Shown in pieces: positions 11,701 through 19,408 of a stretch of DNA of 64,000 bases (position 1 is its first letter; every line of letters begins with the position of its first letter). Source of the stretch: an uncultured Eggerthellaceae bacterium. Lineage in GTDB: Bacteria; Actinomycetota; Coriobacteriia; Coriobacteriales; Eggerthellaceae. The stretch covers positions 22,240 through 86,239 of the forward strand of contig CAJURX010000009.1 of assembly GCA_910589125.1 (NCBI GenBank). The letters are read 5' to 3'. The notes below the pieces were generated by a model. That model did not search any database, had not been told where the DNA came from, and saw nothing but the letters and a program-made list of their open reading frames with translations. The position numbers were made by a program, and so were the translations under genes.

Positions 11701-14386
11701 TGTTCAGGCGCGTCTCAAGGGCGCTGATGCGTGCCTCGTCCACGCCGTCAGCAAGCTTGATGTGCATCTCGTCAGCGTAGAGCGCGTTCACATCGTCTTC
11801 GATGCTGTCATAGCCATGGAAGCGCATCTCGGCGATGTCGATCAAGCGGACATGGCGCTCCATGCCGATGAGGACCTTGTCGGCACGCAGGCCGCCGTCG
11901 ATCTTGACGAGCGTGTAGGTCCTGCCGTTCGCGCACTTCTGCTGCGTGAACGAGACTCCTGAGACGGGCTGCCATGCAGAGCCACCCGTGGATGCATGCA
12001 CCCGCACGCCGCTGTAGTCGATGTTCTGGGACGATGCCGCATAGGAGATGAATCCGATCTCCTTCACGCCGTCGAAGGTGACCTCGACGCCGTGCTTGCC
12101 GGCATTGTAGGCTGAGCCGAAGTCCCAGTCCTCCTTCTTGGCATAGGAGGTGTAATCGTCATCGAACAGGCCGAGCGCCGTGCCTGCATTGCCGTCGATC
12201 GCGCTGTCCACCATGGATGCGCTGATGACGCGCGCGGTCGTAATGCCCGTGAGGTAGCGCCCGTTGGCATCCTTCTTGTTCACCAGCTTGTAGTTCGGCA
12301 GCTCCGCAGGGGCGATGGTGGTGGTCTCTGCGCTCACGATCTGGGACGGATCGCTCTTGCCGATCTCATTCACACCTGAGACGAACACCTCATAGGTGGT
12401 CCTGTCCTCAAGCCCGCTGATCTGGCAGCTGCTCGAGGTGATGCCGGACTTCTCGGTCCAGGTCGCGTCACCCTCCTTGCGATACGAGACGATGTAGGTG
12501 TCCGTATCGGTCATGGCCTTCCAGCCGACGTTGATCATCTTGTAGCCACCTGAGACCTTCACGCTCTCGGGCCTATCCGGGCGCTTGGTGGCCTTGGGCG
12601 TGACGGTGACGGCATTGCTCCAGCCGCTGCGCCATTCGCCATTGGTGGACTGCACCTTCACCGTGTAGGTGTGGTTGTTCTCCACCTTGCCCTTGTTGCC
12701 ATGCTTGAAGGACGTCACCTGCATGGTGGTGTTCTTGGTGGACATGATCTGCTCTTTGCCGTTCTCCGACACAGAGACCTCATATCCCGTTACATTGGGC
12801 TCGGCGTTCCAGCTGACCGTGAACTCCTTGCTGCCCGGCGTTGCCGTGACGTTCGTCGGGATGTTGAGCTCGGGAGGTGCGATGAGGTCCTCCGTGCCAT
12901 TCAGGAACTCGACCGAGGAGATCTCAGCCAGGTTGAGCTTGCCATCAGAGGCATTGGTCTTGGTCACCTTGATGGTGACCTTCTTGATGGCGATCTTGCT
13001 GCCGAAGTCGATGATGATGTTGCCAGAGCCGTCGATGGTGGCCTTGGCAGATGCCGCATAGGCCTTCTCGGGTGCGAGCCCCAGGAATGCCGCCATCTGC
13101 ACGAGCGCGCTCGCGATGCCCGTAGGGGCGAACTCAGCATCGAGGGTCTGCTCATTGCCCGCCTCATCAAGGTAGGTGACCTCGACGGTGCCCTCCGTGA
13201 CCGCGTGGGGATGGAGCTGGGAGATGCCATCATCGGTCCTGCTCAGAGGCGGCTTGATGGTGATGCAGCCGACCTGCTCGCCATTGAGCTGATCATGGAG
13301 GTTGTCCAGCACGATGGTGGCAGGGTTGTCAACGCTGATGGGCTGATCGTTGGTAGTGACCATCTTGAGGGAGGCGTTCTCATCAGGATTGCCCACCACT
13401 TCGCTGACATCCACGATCTGGCTGTCAGCAGGGATGGTGATGTTGTCGCTGACGGTGACGCCCGTGACGCGCGGCTTCGGTGTCACGTTGGAAGAGACCT
13501 GATCGCGGCCGTAACCCTCTGCCAGGACCTGGAGGTCAGCGAGCGTGATGCCGTCCGCGCCCGTCAGGTCGCAGCGCGGGTTCGCTGCAGCATCTGCGCC
13601 AGATTCCAGCGCACCGATGAGCGCATCCACGTCATCATCGTTGATGGCGCTATCCCCCGTCACATCACCGTAGTAGATGATGCCCGTCTGGGTGCTGCTC
13701 TCAGCGCGATCGAAGGTGTTGAGCTTCACCGTGTAGGCGCGGGGGACATCCGCATCCACATGGATGGCCTGCGCATAGGTGGCATAGCCGTCCGCTTCGA
13801 TGGCGAGCTCGTAGTCACCAGGCTCGACGTTCACATAGGTATAGGACCCGCGATAGCCAGCGCCGGCCGCCGCGGGCTTGATGTACTGGAAGCCACGCCC
13901 TGACAGGGAGATGTCGAATTGGGGAGGCTCGCCCGTATCGAAGGGCTTGGCATCCGTGATATCCACATGGATGATGCTCTTGGCAACAGCGCCCTCACCC
14001 CCCCCATCGGATTCGGAGGGCAGCTTCGTGGAACCGGAGCCGTCGCCCTCGGTGCTGCCATCAGCATCGTCTGCCGGAGCCGACCCGTCATCGCTGGCCT
14101 GCTCCTCAGACGACGTGCCCTCTTGGGTGCCCTCATCATTCGTGGCGCCCTCCTCAGATGGCGCATCCCCTGCGCCGTCGGCGGAAGGAGCATCCTCACC
14201 AGGCACGGGTTGAGCACCATCCTGCGCCTGCTCCTCCTGGACGGGGTCGCCCGCGTCCAGCTCATCTGCGAATGCGGGGATGCCGAACATGGAGACCGAA
14301 AGCGCCAAAGCCGTGAAGGCTGAGACCGCTTTGCGGGCACATGAGGTCATCATCGCATTCCGCTCTTTCATCGTGGTCCGTTTCAT
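8726..14386 (-). CDS. secreted multidomain M60-like (enhancin-type) zinc metallopeptidase with dockerin, two FN3 and F5/8-type-C-like modules
   Basis: Signal peptide ...ALALSVSMFGIPAFA. The zinc site is GWGSAHEIGHNINNGRYALAE (HEXXH + downstream E, 10550-10597). The dockerin-like duplicated loops are GDVTGDSAINDDDVDAL and CDLTGADGITLADLQVL (13511-13681). Two FN3-like repeats span aa ~505-690, discoidin-like segments lie either side of the catalytic region, and there is a PEGA/CarboxypepD_reg-like module (EPGDYELAIEADGYATY). Confidence 0.85.
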   Translation of the reverse strand: MKRTTMKERNAMMTSCARKAVSAFTALALSVSMFGIPAFADELDAGDPVQEEQAQDGAQPVPGEDAPSADGAGDAPSEEGATNDEGTQEGTSSEEQASDDGSAPADDADGSTEGDGSGSTKLPSESDGGGEGAVAKSIIHVDITDAKPFDTGEPPQFDISLSGRGFQYIKPAAAGAGYRGSYTYVNVEPGDYELAIEADGYATYAQAIHVDADVPRAYTVKLNTFDRAESSTQTGIIYYGDVTGDSAINDDDVDALIGALESGADAAANPRCDLTGADGITLADLQVLAEGYGRDQVSSNVTPKPRVTGVTVSDNITIPADSQIVDVSEVVGNPDENASLKMVTTNDQPISVDNPATIVLDNLHDQLNGEQVGCITIKPPLSRTDDGISQLHPHAVTEGTVEVTYLDEAGNEQTLDAEFAPTGIASALVQMAAFLGLAPEKAYAASAKATIDGSGNIIIDFGSKIAIKKVTIKVTKTNASDGKLNLAEISSVEFLNGTEDLIAPPELNIPTNVTATPGSKEFTVSWNAEPNVTGYEVSVSENGKEQIMSTKNTTMQVTSFKHGNKGKVENNHTYTVKVQSTNGEWRSGWSNAVTVTPKATKRPDRPESVKVSGGYKMINVGWKAMTDTDTYIVSYRKEGDATWTEKSGITSSSCQISGLEDRTTYEVFVSGVNEIGKSDPSQIVSAETTTIAPAELPNYKLVNKKDANGRYLTGITTARVISASMVDSAIDGNAGTALGLFDDDYTSYAKKEDWDFGSAYNAGKHGVEVTFDGVKEIGFISYAASSQNIDYSGVRVHASTGGSAWQPVSGVSFTQQKCANGRTYTLVKIDGGLRADKVLIGMERHVRLIDIAEMRFHGYDSIEDDVNALYADEMHIKLADGVDEARISALETRLNTADADGNYYPFKTVVQMDIDFARQLLADEKAGLSELIRVHTDISSAADSGKNLGMGGLNSWQPLGKVAAAGDQLVLYASKRNSRTNSSVQIYIGQQYPESSDAPSYGGTFQANKRIVYSVPEKIQVKGKEHGGPLYAQYVGNDPNEEWYIRVMGGHDIATLDLHNVTDHETRVQKAEQYITELDESLSLLNASKGSEDAHRAAHLAESKLVVDKVEQDTINPSVDCDYNERHCIHNATELMTDTMLYSVPATQAARSCTGSTLRERAESLITHMDGSEQMLKLFYQHKGLMEPGEGVAKTNELSSQHLNIRLMQMFAGAFMYAAGNHIGVDFPESGNFAILRPISDAATAPGGTKQSGDGFYFGWGSAHEIGHNINNGRYALAEVTNNYFAQICKMVNEGTTRFSYDSVYERVTSGAVGRTGGVATQLAMYWQLMLAHDANEVYTLYSSYDQLKANRFFARVDGYARNPGSAPAPGKVELVCNAGESQNIIRLASAAAEKDLSDFFISWGLVPNADTERYVSQFPKEERALQYVNDDAVKWIRANPSAAQVKGVDMTAVSLSQSNSKVTLDMSTKDAAYNASLIGYELTRVYYASGKPQKEVVGFVRADENGGGTFVDDAAHLGNRAVHYEVKAVDKFLNYSAAAVTEQKKLDGNGRFAPTEWSVDTNMVVAEGTQEQVSKEAEVAEPECPSEMEGNAPKPIESVLAGEKDYLGYTVASGSTPAADPYVLIDMRKTNPVVSVRYTPGDGAALSDYVIETSVNGINFTTVAEGTFDIGSEGYADVFFTGKNEQGSPNNWICSETARYVRITAPGKAGAEVSIKAIDIFGPSGDNIDFTSVQGQEDIKAIGTLSADFQLDADDPNQKIPAGSIIFTGAVKGNPAYNVVVLYDADGTIVGGSTIVDGEEILNAEQVLLADVPEGSLIGDTADGRWVYWIAPDADLPAKVRAELYRVNDAFTNEGQRLVADTMFIDVPAKADLPSITLKSDSQGQ

Positions 14387-14425
14387 CGCTTGCCCCTTGT
14401 GAACGAAAGTACACAGAACAGACGG

Positions 14426-14455
14426 ATTATATACGGATCGGTAACGGTTTTTGAA
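14426..14455 (-). promoter_or_regulatory. sigma-70-type promoter for the M60 gene (-35 TTCAAA, 18-nt spacer, -10 TATAAT)
   Basis: The minus strand reads TTCAAAaaccgttaccgatccgtaTATAAT. The -10 is at 14426-14431, about 40 nt upstream of ATG 14386, which has an AAGGGG SD. Confidence 0.5.
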
Positions 14456-14577
14456 CCCCTAGAGATGCCCAACGACGTCCGAATATGAGACGACGGATAT
14501 CGGGCGCGGGGCGGGAACCCGCATCCTCGACCACGCACGGATGCGAAGGTAGAGGACACTAGTGCGCGCCTGCGAAA

Positions 14578-14596
14578 GCATCCCCGTGCGGGGTGC
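14578..14596 (-). terminator. candidate intrinsic terminator after the activase-fusion gene
   Basis: The minus-strand RNA is GCACCCCGCACGGGGAUGC followed by UUUCG. This forms a 7-bp stem with a 1-nt bulge, about 70 nt past the stop at 14665. Confidence 0.35.
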
Positions 14597-14664
14597 CACA
14601 GACGGCAGCGCACCCCCTTCAACCAAACGCAGATCCGCGAGATGACGCGACCGTCAGAGCGCCC

Positions 14665-17600
14665 CTAGTGGGAGGAGCGCTCCTCGGCCAGATTCGCCTT
14701 CGCCACGGCGATCATGAGCTTGATGCGATTCAGCTGATTGACCTCGGAGGCACCGGGGTCGTAGTCAACGGCCACGATGTTGCTCTGAGGGTAGCGACGG
14801 CGCAGCTCCTTGATGACAGACTTGCCCACCACGTGGTTCGGCAGGCACGCGAAGGGCTGCGTGCAGACCACGTTCGGGCATCCGCTGCGGATGAGCTCCA
14901 CCATCTCTGCGGTGAGCAGCCAACCCTCGCCCATGGAGTTGCAGAGCGAGAGTATCTCGGAGGCGTAGTCAGCGAGCTCATAGATATCAGCGGGCGGATG
15001 GAAGCGCTGGCTGCGCTTGAGCGCGGCCATCACGGGACGGCGCAGCTCCTTCACCGCGCGCAATCCCGCACGAGCGCCGAGCGCACCCTTCGCCGACTTG
15101 CCGATCTGCCGTTGGAAGATGCCGCCCGCGATCCCGAACAGGAAGAACTCGATGAGGCCAGGGACCACCGCTTCGCACCCTTCGGCCTCGATCTGCTCGA
15201 CGATCTGATTGTTCGCCGTGGGGTGGAACTTCACCAATATCTCGCCCACCACGCCCACGCGCGGCTTGGTGCCCTCCCCTTGCAGGGGCAGCGTGTCGAA
15301 ATCGTCCACGATCTGGTTCACGGTCCGCTTGAACTCGCTCATCTTGCATCCGCGCGCCAGCTGCTCTCGCACCACGCCCATCCAGTGGTCGAAGAGCCTG
15401 TTCGCGCTCCCCGGCTCCACCTCATAGGGTCGCGTGCGATACAGGCACATCATGAGGAGGTCGCCGTATTGCAGAGCGAACACGGCTTGATACAGCATGG
15501 CAGGCGTGATCTTGAAGCCCGGGTTCACCTCTCCCAAGTCCTTGAACGAGAGCGCGATCACAGGAATGTGCGCAAGACCCGCCGCTTTGAGCGCCTTGCG
15601 GATCAGCGAGATGTAGTTCGTCGCGCGGCAACCGCCGCCTGTCTGGGTGATGAGCACCGCCAGCTTGTCCGTATCGTATTCGCCGCTGGTGACCGCTTCC
15701 ATGATCTGCCCGGTGACGAGGATGGACGGGTAGCAGATATCGTTGTTCACGTACTTGAGGCCCGCATCCACCGCGCCCGTATCCACGCTGGGGAGCAGCT
15801 TCACGTTCAGGCCCTCGCGCTCGAAGATGGGGAGCAGGAGCTCGAAATGGATCGGTGCCATCTGCGGAGCGAGGATGGTGTAGCCCTCCTCGCGCATCTG
15901 CTCGGTGAACTGCACGCGCGCAAATTCGGTGGAGGTCGCCTCGCGCTGCTTGAGCGCATCCTCCACGATCACGCCATCGGCCTTCTGCGTGAAGCTCTCC
16001 GGGACGAGGGCGTCAACATCCTCAGAGGTGATGCACGCAGCCGGGCAGCCGCGCGCGGCCAGCGCCTCTTCCCGCTCAGCGTCAGCCTCTTCGTCGGCTT
16101 GGTCCTTGAGGGCAGCGAGCAGGCTGCGCACGCGGATGCGCGCCGCGCCCAAGTTGGACACCTCGTCTATCTTGAGGACGGTGTACACCTTGCCCGCGGC
16201 CTCCAAGACCTCTTGGACCTGATCGGTGGTCAGCGCATCAAGCCCGCACCCGAAGGAGTTCAGCTGGATCATATCCAGATCCTTGCGCTGCGTGACCACC
16301 TTGGCAGCAGCATAGAGGCGCGTATGGTACATCCACTGGTCCACCACGCGGATAGGACGCTCCAGCTGGCCCAGGTGAGCGATGGAATCCTCCGTCAGCA
16401 CCGCGAGACCGAATGAGGTCAGAAGCTCTGGGATGGCATGGTTGATCTCAGGGTCCTGATGATAGGGGCGTCCCGCCAAGACGATGCCGCGCGTGCCCGT
16501 CTCCTCCATCCATGCGAGCGTCTCGGTGCCCTTGCGGCGGACGTCCCGCTTGAACGCCTCATCCTCAGCCCATGCCGCGTCCACCGCATCATCTATCTCG
16601 GTCTGGGTCAGATGCGAACCCATCTTCATGGTGGCATCCTTGAAGGTCCGAGAGAGCTCCTTGTACAGGCGCTCCTTGAGCTTCTCCTTGTTGTCATAGG
16701 GCAGCCACGGAGCCACGAAGGCAGTAGAGCTCTCGCGCAGCTCGTCGATGTTCAGGCGCAGCGCCTCTGGATAGCTGGCCACGATGGGGCAGTTGAAGTG
16801 GTTGCCCGCTGTCTCATCCTCTTGGCGCTCCCACTTGCTGCAGGGCATCCAGATGAAGTCCGGCTCCTTGGCGAGCAGGTCCATGATGTGCCCATGCGAG
16901 AGCTTCGCAGGGTAGCAGACGGATTCGGACGGCATGGATTCGATGCCCGCCTCATACGTCTTCTTGTTGGAGGGGTCGGACAAGATGACGCGATACCCCA
17001 GTTCCGTGAAGAAGGTGAACCAGAACGGATAGTTCTCATACATGTTGAGCGCGCGAGGGATGCCGACCGTCCCACGCGTGGCCTCATCAGATGCGAGCGG
17101 CACATAGTGGTCGAACAATCGCTTCGACTTCCATTCGAAGAGGTTGGGCACATCGGATGCACCCCCGCCCGTGCCGAGAGATTCGCCCTTCTCGCAGCGG
17201 TTGCCCGTGATGAAGCGGCGATGCTTGCCTGTCTCCTCATCCTTGCCGAAGTCGTTCACCGTGAGCAAGCAGGCATTCGCGCACCCCTTGCATCGTACGG
17301 TCCTATGGGTGGGCGCGAGCGCCTTGATCTCCTCTAAGGTCAGCAGGCTTGACCTGCGAGAGCCAGACCCAGCACGCGCCCCTTCAGAGTCCCGATGCCT
17401 ATCGCGCGCAAGGAGCGCCGCGCCGAATGCGCCCATGTTGCCCGCGATGTCAGGGCGGACCGCATCGACCTGGGCAAGCTGCTCGAAGGAACGTAGCACC
17501 GCATCGTTCAGGAACGTGCCGCCCTGCACGATGACCTGCGTGCCCACATCATGGGGGTCGCGTATCTTGATGACCTTGAACAGCGCGTTCTTGATGACGG

Positions 17601-19353
17601 AGATGGCAAGGCCGGCAGCGATGTCCCCCACCGATGCGCCTTCCTTCTGCGCCTGCTTCACGCGGCTGTTCATGAACACCGTGCAGCGGCTGCCGAGGTC
17701 CACGGGCGCCTTCGCCTTGATGGCCGTAGCAGCGAAATCCTTGACGTCCAGCCCGAGGCCGACAGCGAAGCTCTCGATGAAGCTGCCGCACCCCGACGAG
17801 CACGCCTCGTTCAGCATGATGTGGTCGATCACGCCATCCTTCACGCGCAGGCACTTCATGTCCTGACCGCCGATGTCCAAGATGAACTCGACGCCAGGGA
17901 GCATCTCCTGCGCGCCGCGCAGGTGCGCGACCGTCTCTATCTCGCCGGAATCCACCTGGAGCGCCTCCAAGAGGAGCCCTTCCCCATATCCCGTGACCGT
18001 GGAATGGGCGATCCACGCCAGCTGCTCGCCCGTCTCCGCATCCTTCGGGAGCGCATCATAGAGCTCTGCGATGGCCGCCTTGGCGCACCCCAGAACGTCG
18101 CCCTTGTTCGATGCGTACGTGGACCAGAGCAGCTCGCCCCCTTCTCCGATGAGAGCAGCCTTGAACGTGGTGGAGCCAGCATCGATGCCCAGATAGGCTG
18201 CGCCCCGGTAGTCTGCCAGGGATGCGCGACGCACCTGCTCGCGTGCATGGCGTGCGACGAAGGCCTCATGCTCAGCCTCGTCAGCGAAGAGCGGATCCAA
18301 GCGCACGACCTCGGAGCCCTGCATGTCGCCGAGGCCCTCCAACCGGCCGATGACATCCGTGAGCGTCTCCACGCGCGCACCATCGCGCGCACCGGCGATG
18401 GCAGCGCCGCACGCCACGAACAGATGCGCGTTGCCAGGGACGATGATGGCATCATCGTCGAGCTCGAGCGTCTCGTAGAAGCGGCGGCGTAGCTCGGGGA
18501 GGTATTGGAGCGGACCTCCCAGGAAGGCGACGTTGCCCCGGATGGGGCGACCGCAAGCCAGACCCGAGATGGTCTGCGTGACCACGGATTGGAAGATGGA
18601 CGCAGCGATGTCCTCGCGCTTCGCCCCCTCGTTCAGGAGCGGCTGCACATCGGTCTTGGCGAACACGCCGCAGCGGCTGGCGATGGGATAGATGGTGGTG
18701 TGGCTTGCGGCGAGCTCGTTCAAGCCACCCGCATCCGTATCCAGAAGCGAGGCCATCTGATCGATGAAGGCGCCCGTGCCGCCTGCGCAGGTGCCATTCA
18801 TGCGCTGCTCTATGCCACCATCGAAGTAGATGATCTTCGCATCCTCGCCACCCAGCTCGATGGCGACATCCGTCTGTGGGATGAACGTCTCCACGGCCGT
18901 CTTGGAGGCGATGACCTCCTGGACGAACTTCACATCCAGCCACTGGGAGAGCAGAAGGCCACCCGACCCCGTGATGGCGATGGTCATGGGATCGGTGGGG
19001 AACTCGGCAGCGCATACGCGCAGCACATCGATGATGGTGGCGCGCACATCCGCATGATGGCGCTGATACACCGACCACAGGCATTCATCATGGGAGTTCA
19101 GGACAGCCAGCTTCACGGTGGTGGACCCCACATCTATGCCGATGTGCAAAGACGCGCTCGCCTGTGCGCTCGCAGCGACATGCGGGGAGGTGCTGCCTTC
19201 TGGGCAGGCATCTGGGCCCGCGCTCGCACAGGTGCCTGCGCAGGCGCATGCGGCATCATCAGGCCCAGACGCAGCCGTCCTCACGACCGCATGACCTTCC
19301 GCGTCGTCAGTACCACCCTCTTCGATCTTCACATATCTAGGATGCTTGCTCAT
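14665..19353 (-). CDS. fusion of two BcrAD/BadFG-type activase ATPases with 2-hydroxyacyl-CoA-dehydratase-like (DUF2229/HGD-D-like) domains
   Basis: Two ASKHA ATPase starts (IGIDVGSTTVKLAVL, LGIDAGSTTFKAALI) with cluster-helix motifs (MNGTCAGGTGAFIDQMA, NEACSSGCGSFIESFA). About 900 further aa are dehydratase-component-like. An AAGGAG SD precedes ATG 19353. Confidence 0.85.
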   Translation of the reverse strand: MSKHPRYVKIEEGGTDDAEGHAVVRTAASGPDDAACACAGTCASAGPDACPEGSTSPHVAASAQASASLHIGIDVGSTTVKLAVLNSHDECLWSVYQRHHADVRATIIDVLRVCAAEFPTDPMTIAITGSGGLLLSQWLDVKFVQEVIASKTAVETFIPQTDVAIELGGEDAKIIYFDGGIEQRMNGTCAGGTGAFIDQMASLLDTDAGGLNELAASHTTIYPIASRCGVFAKTDVQPLLNEGAKREDIAASIFQSVVTQTISGLACGRPIRGNVAFLGGPLQYLPELRRRFYETLELDDDAIIVPGNAHLFVACGAAIAGARDGARVETLTDVIGRLEGLGDMQGSEVVRLDPLFADEAEHEAFVARHAREQVRRASLADYRGAAYLGIDAGSTTFKAALIGEGGELLWSTYASNKGDVLGCAKAAIAELYDALPKDAETGEQLAWIAHSTVTGYGEGLLLEALQVDSGEIETVAHLRGAQEMLPGVEFILDIGGQDMKCLRVKDGVIDHIMLNEACSSGCGSFIESFAVGLGLDVKDFAATAIKAKAPVDLGSRCTVFMNSRVKQAQKEGASVGDIAAGLAISVIKNALFKVIKIRDPHDVGTQVIVQGGTFLNDAVLRSFEQLAQVDAVRPDIAGNMGAFGAALLARDRHRDSEGARAGSGSRRSSLLTLEEIKALAPTHRTVRCKGCANACLLTVNDFGKDEETGKHRRFITGNRCEKGESLGTGGGASDVPNLFEWKSKRLFDHYVPLASDEATRGTVGIPRALNMYENYPFWFTFFTELGYRVILSDPSNKKTYEAGIESMPSESVCYPAKLSHGHIMDLLAKEPDFIWMPCSKWERQEDETAGNHFNCPIVASYPEALRLNIDELRESSTAFVAPWLPYDNKEKLKERLYKELSRTFKDATMKMGSHLTQTEIDDAVDAAWAEDEAFKRDVRRKGTETLAWMEETGTRGIVLAGRPYHQDPEINHAIPELLTSFGLAVLTEDSIAHLGQLERPIRVVDQWMYHTRLYAAAKVVTQRKDLDMIQLNSFGCGLDALTTDQVQEVLEAAGKVYTVLKIDEVSNLGAARIRVRSLLAALKDQADEEADAEREEALAARGCPAACITSEDVDALVPESFTQKADGVIVEDALKQREATSTEFARVQFTEQMREEGYTILAPQMAPIHFELLLPIFEREGLNVKLLPSVDTGAVDAGLKYVNNDICYPSILVTGQIMEAVTSGEYDTDKLAVLITQTGGGCRATNYISLIRKALKAAGLAHIPVIALSFKDLGEVNPGFKITPAMLYQAVFALQYGDLLMMCLYRTRPYEVEPGSANRLFDHWMGVVREQLARGCKMSEFKRTVNQIVDDFDTLPLQGEGTKPRVGVVGEILVKFHPTANNQIVEQIEAEGCEAVVPGLIEFFLFGIAGGIFQRQIGKSAKGALGARAGLRAVKELRRPVMAALKRSQRFHPPADIYELADYASEILSLCNSMGEGWLLTAEMVELIRSGCPNVVCTQPFACLPNHVVGKSVIKELRRRYPQSNIVAVDYDPGASEVNQLNRIKLMIAVAKANLAEERSSH

Positions 19354-19386
19354 TCAGCGCTCCTTCGCGCGTTCTCTTTTCAACGC

Positions 19387-19392
19387 ATTCTA
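19387..19392 (-). promoter_or_regulatory. candidate -10 box TAGAAT for the activase-fusion gene
   Basis: The minus strand reads gaatTAGAATgcg, 34 nt upstream of ATG 19353. The same hexamer recurs at four other intergenic sites in the window. Confidence 0.4.
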
Positions 19393-19408
19393 ATTCAGCG
19401 AACGACGT

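Noticed and set aside
12671-13903. 410-aa ORF on the plus strand (and other 100-340-aa ORFs inside 8726-14386)
   Set aside because: They are antisense or out of frame relative to the M60-like peptidase gene, whose frame carries all the domain signatures.
14593-16416. 607-aa ORF on the plus strand
   Set aside because: It lies entirely antisense to the strongly recognisable activase-fusion gene. Its Arg/His/Leu/Asp-rich composition has no motifs and is typical of the stop-poor opposite strand in GC-rich DNA.
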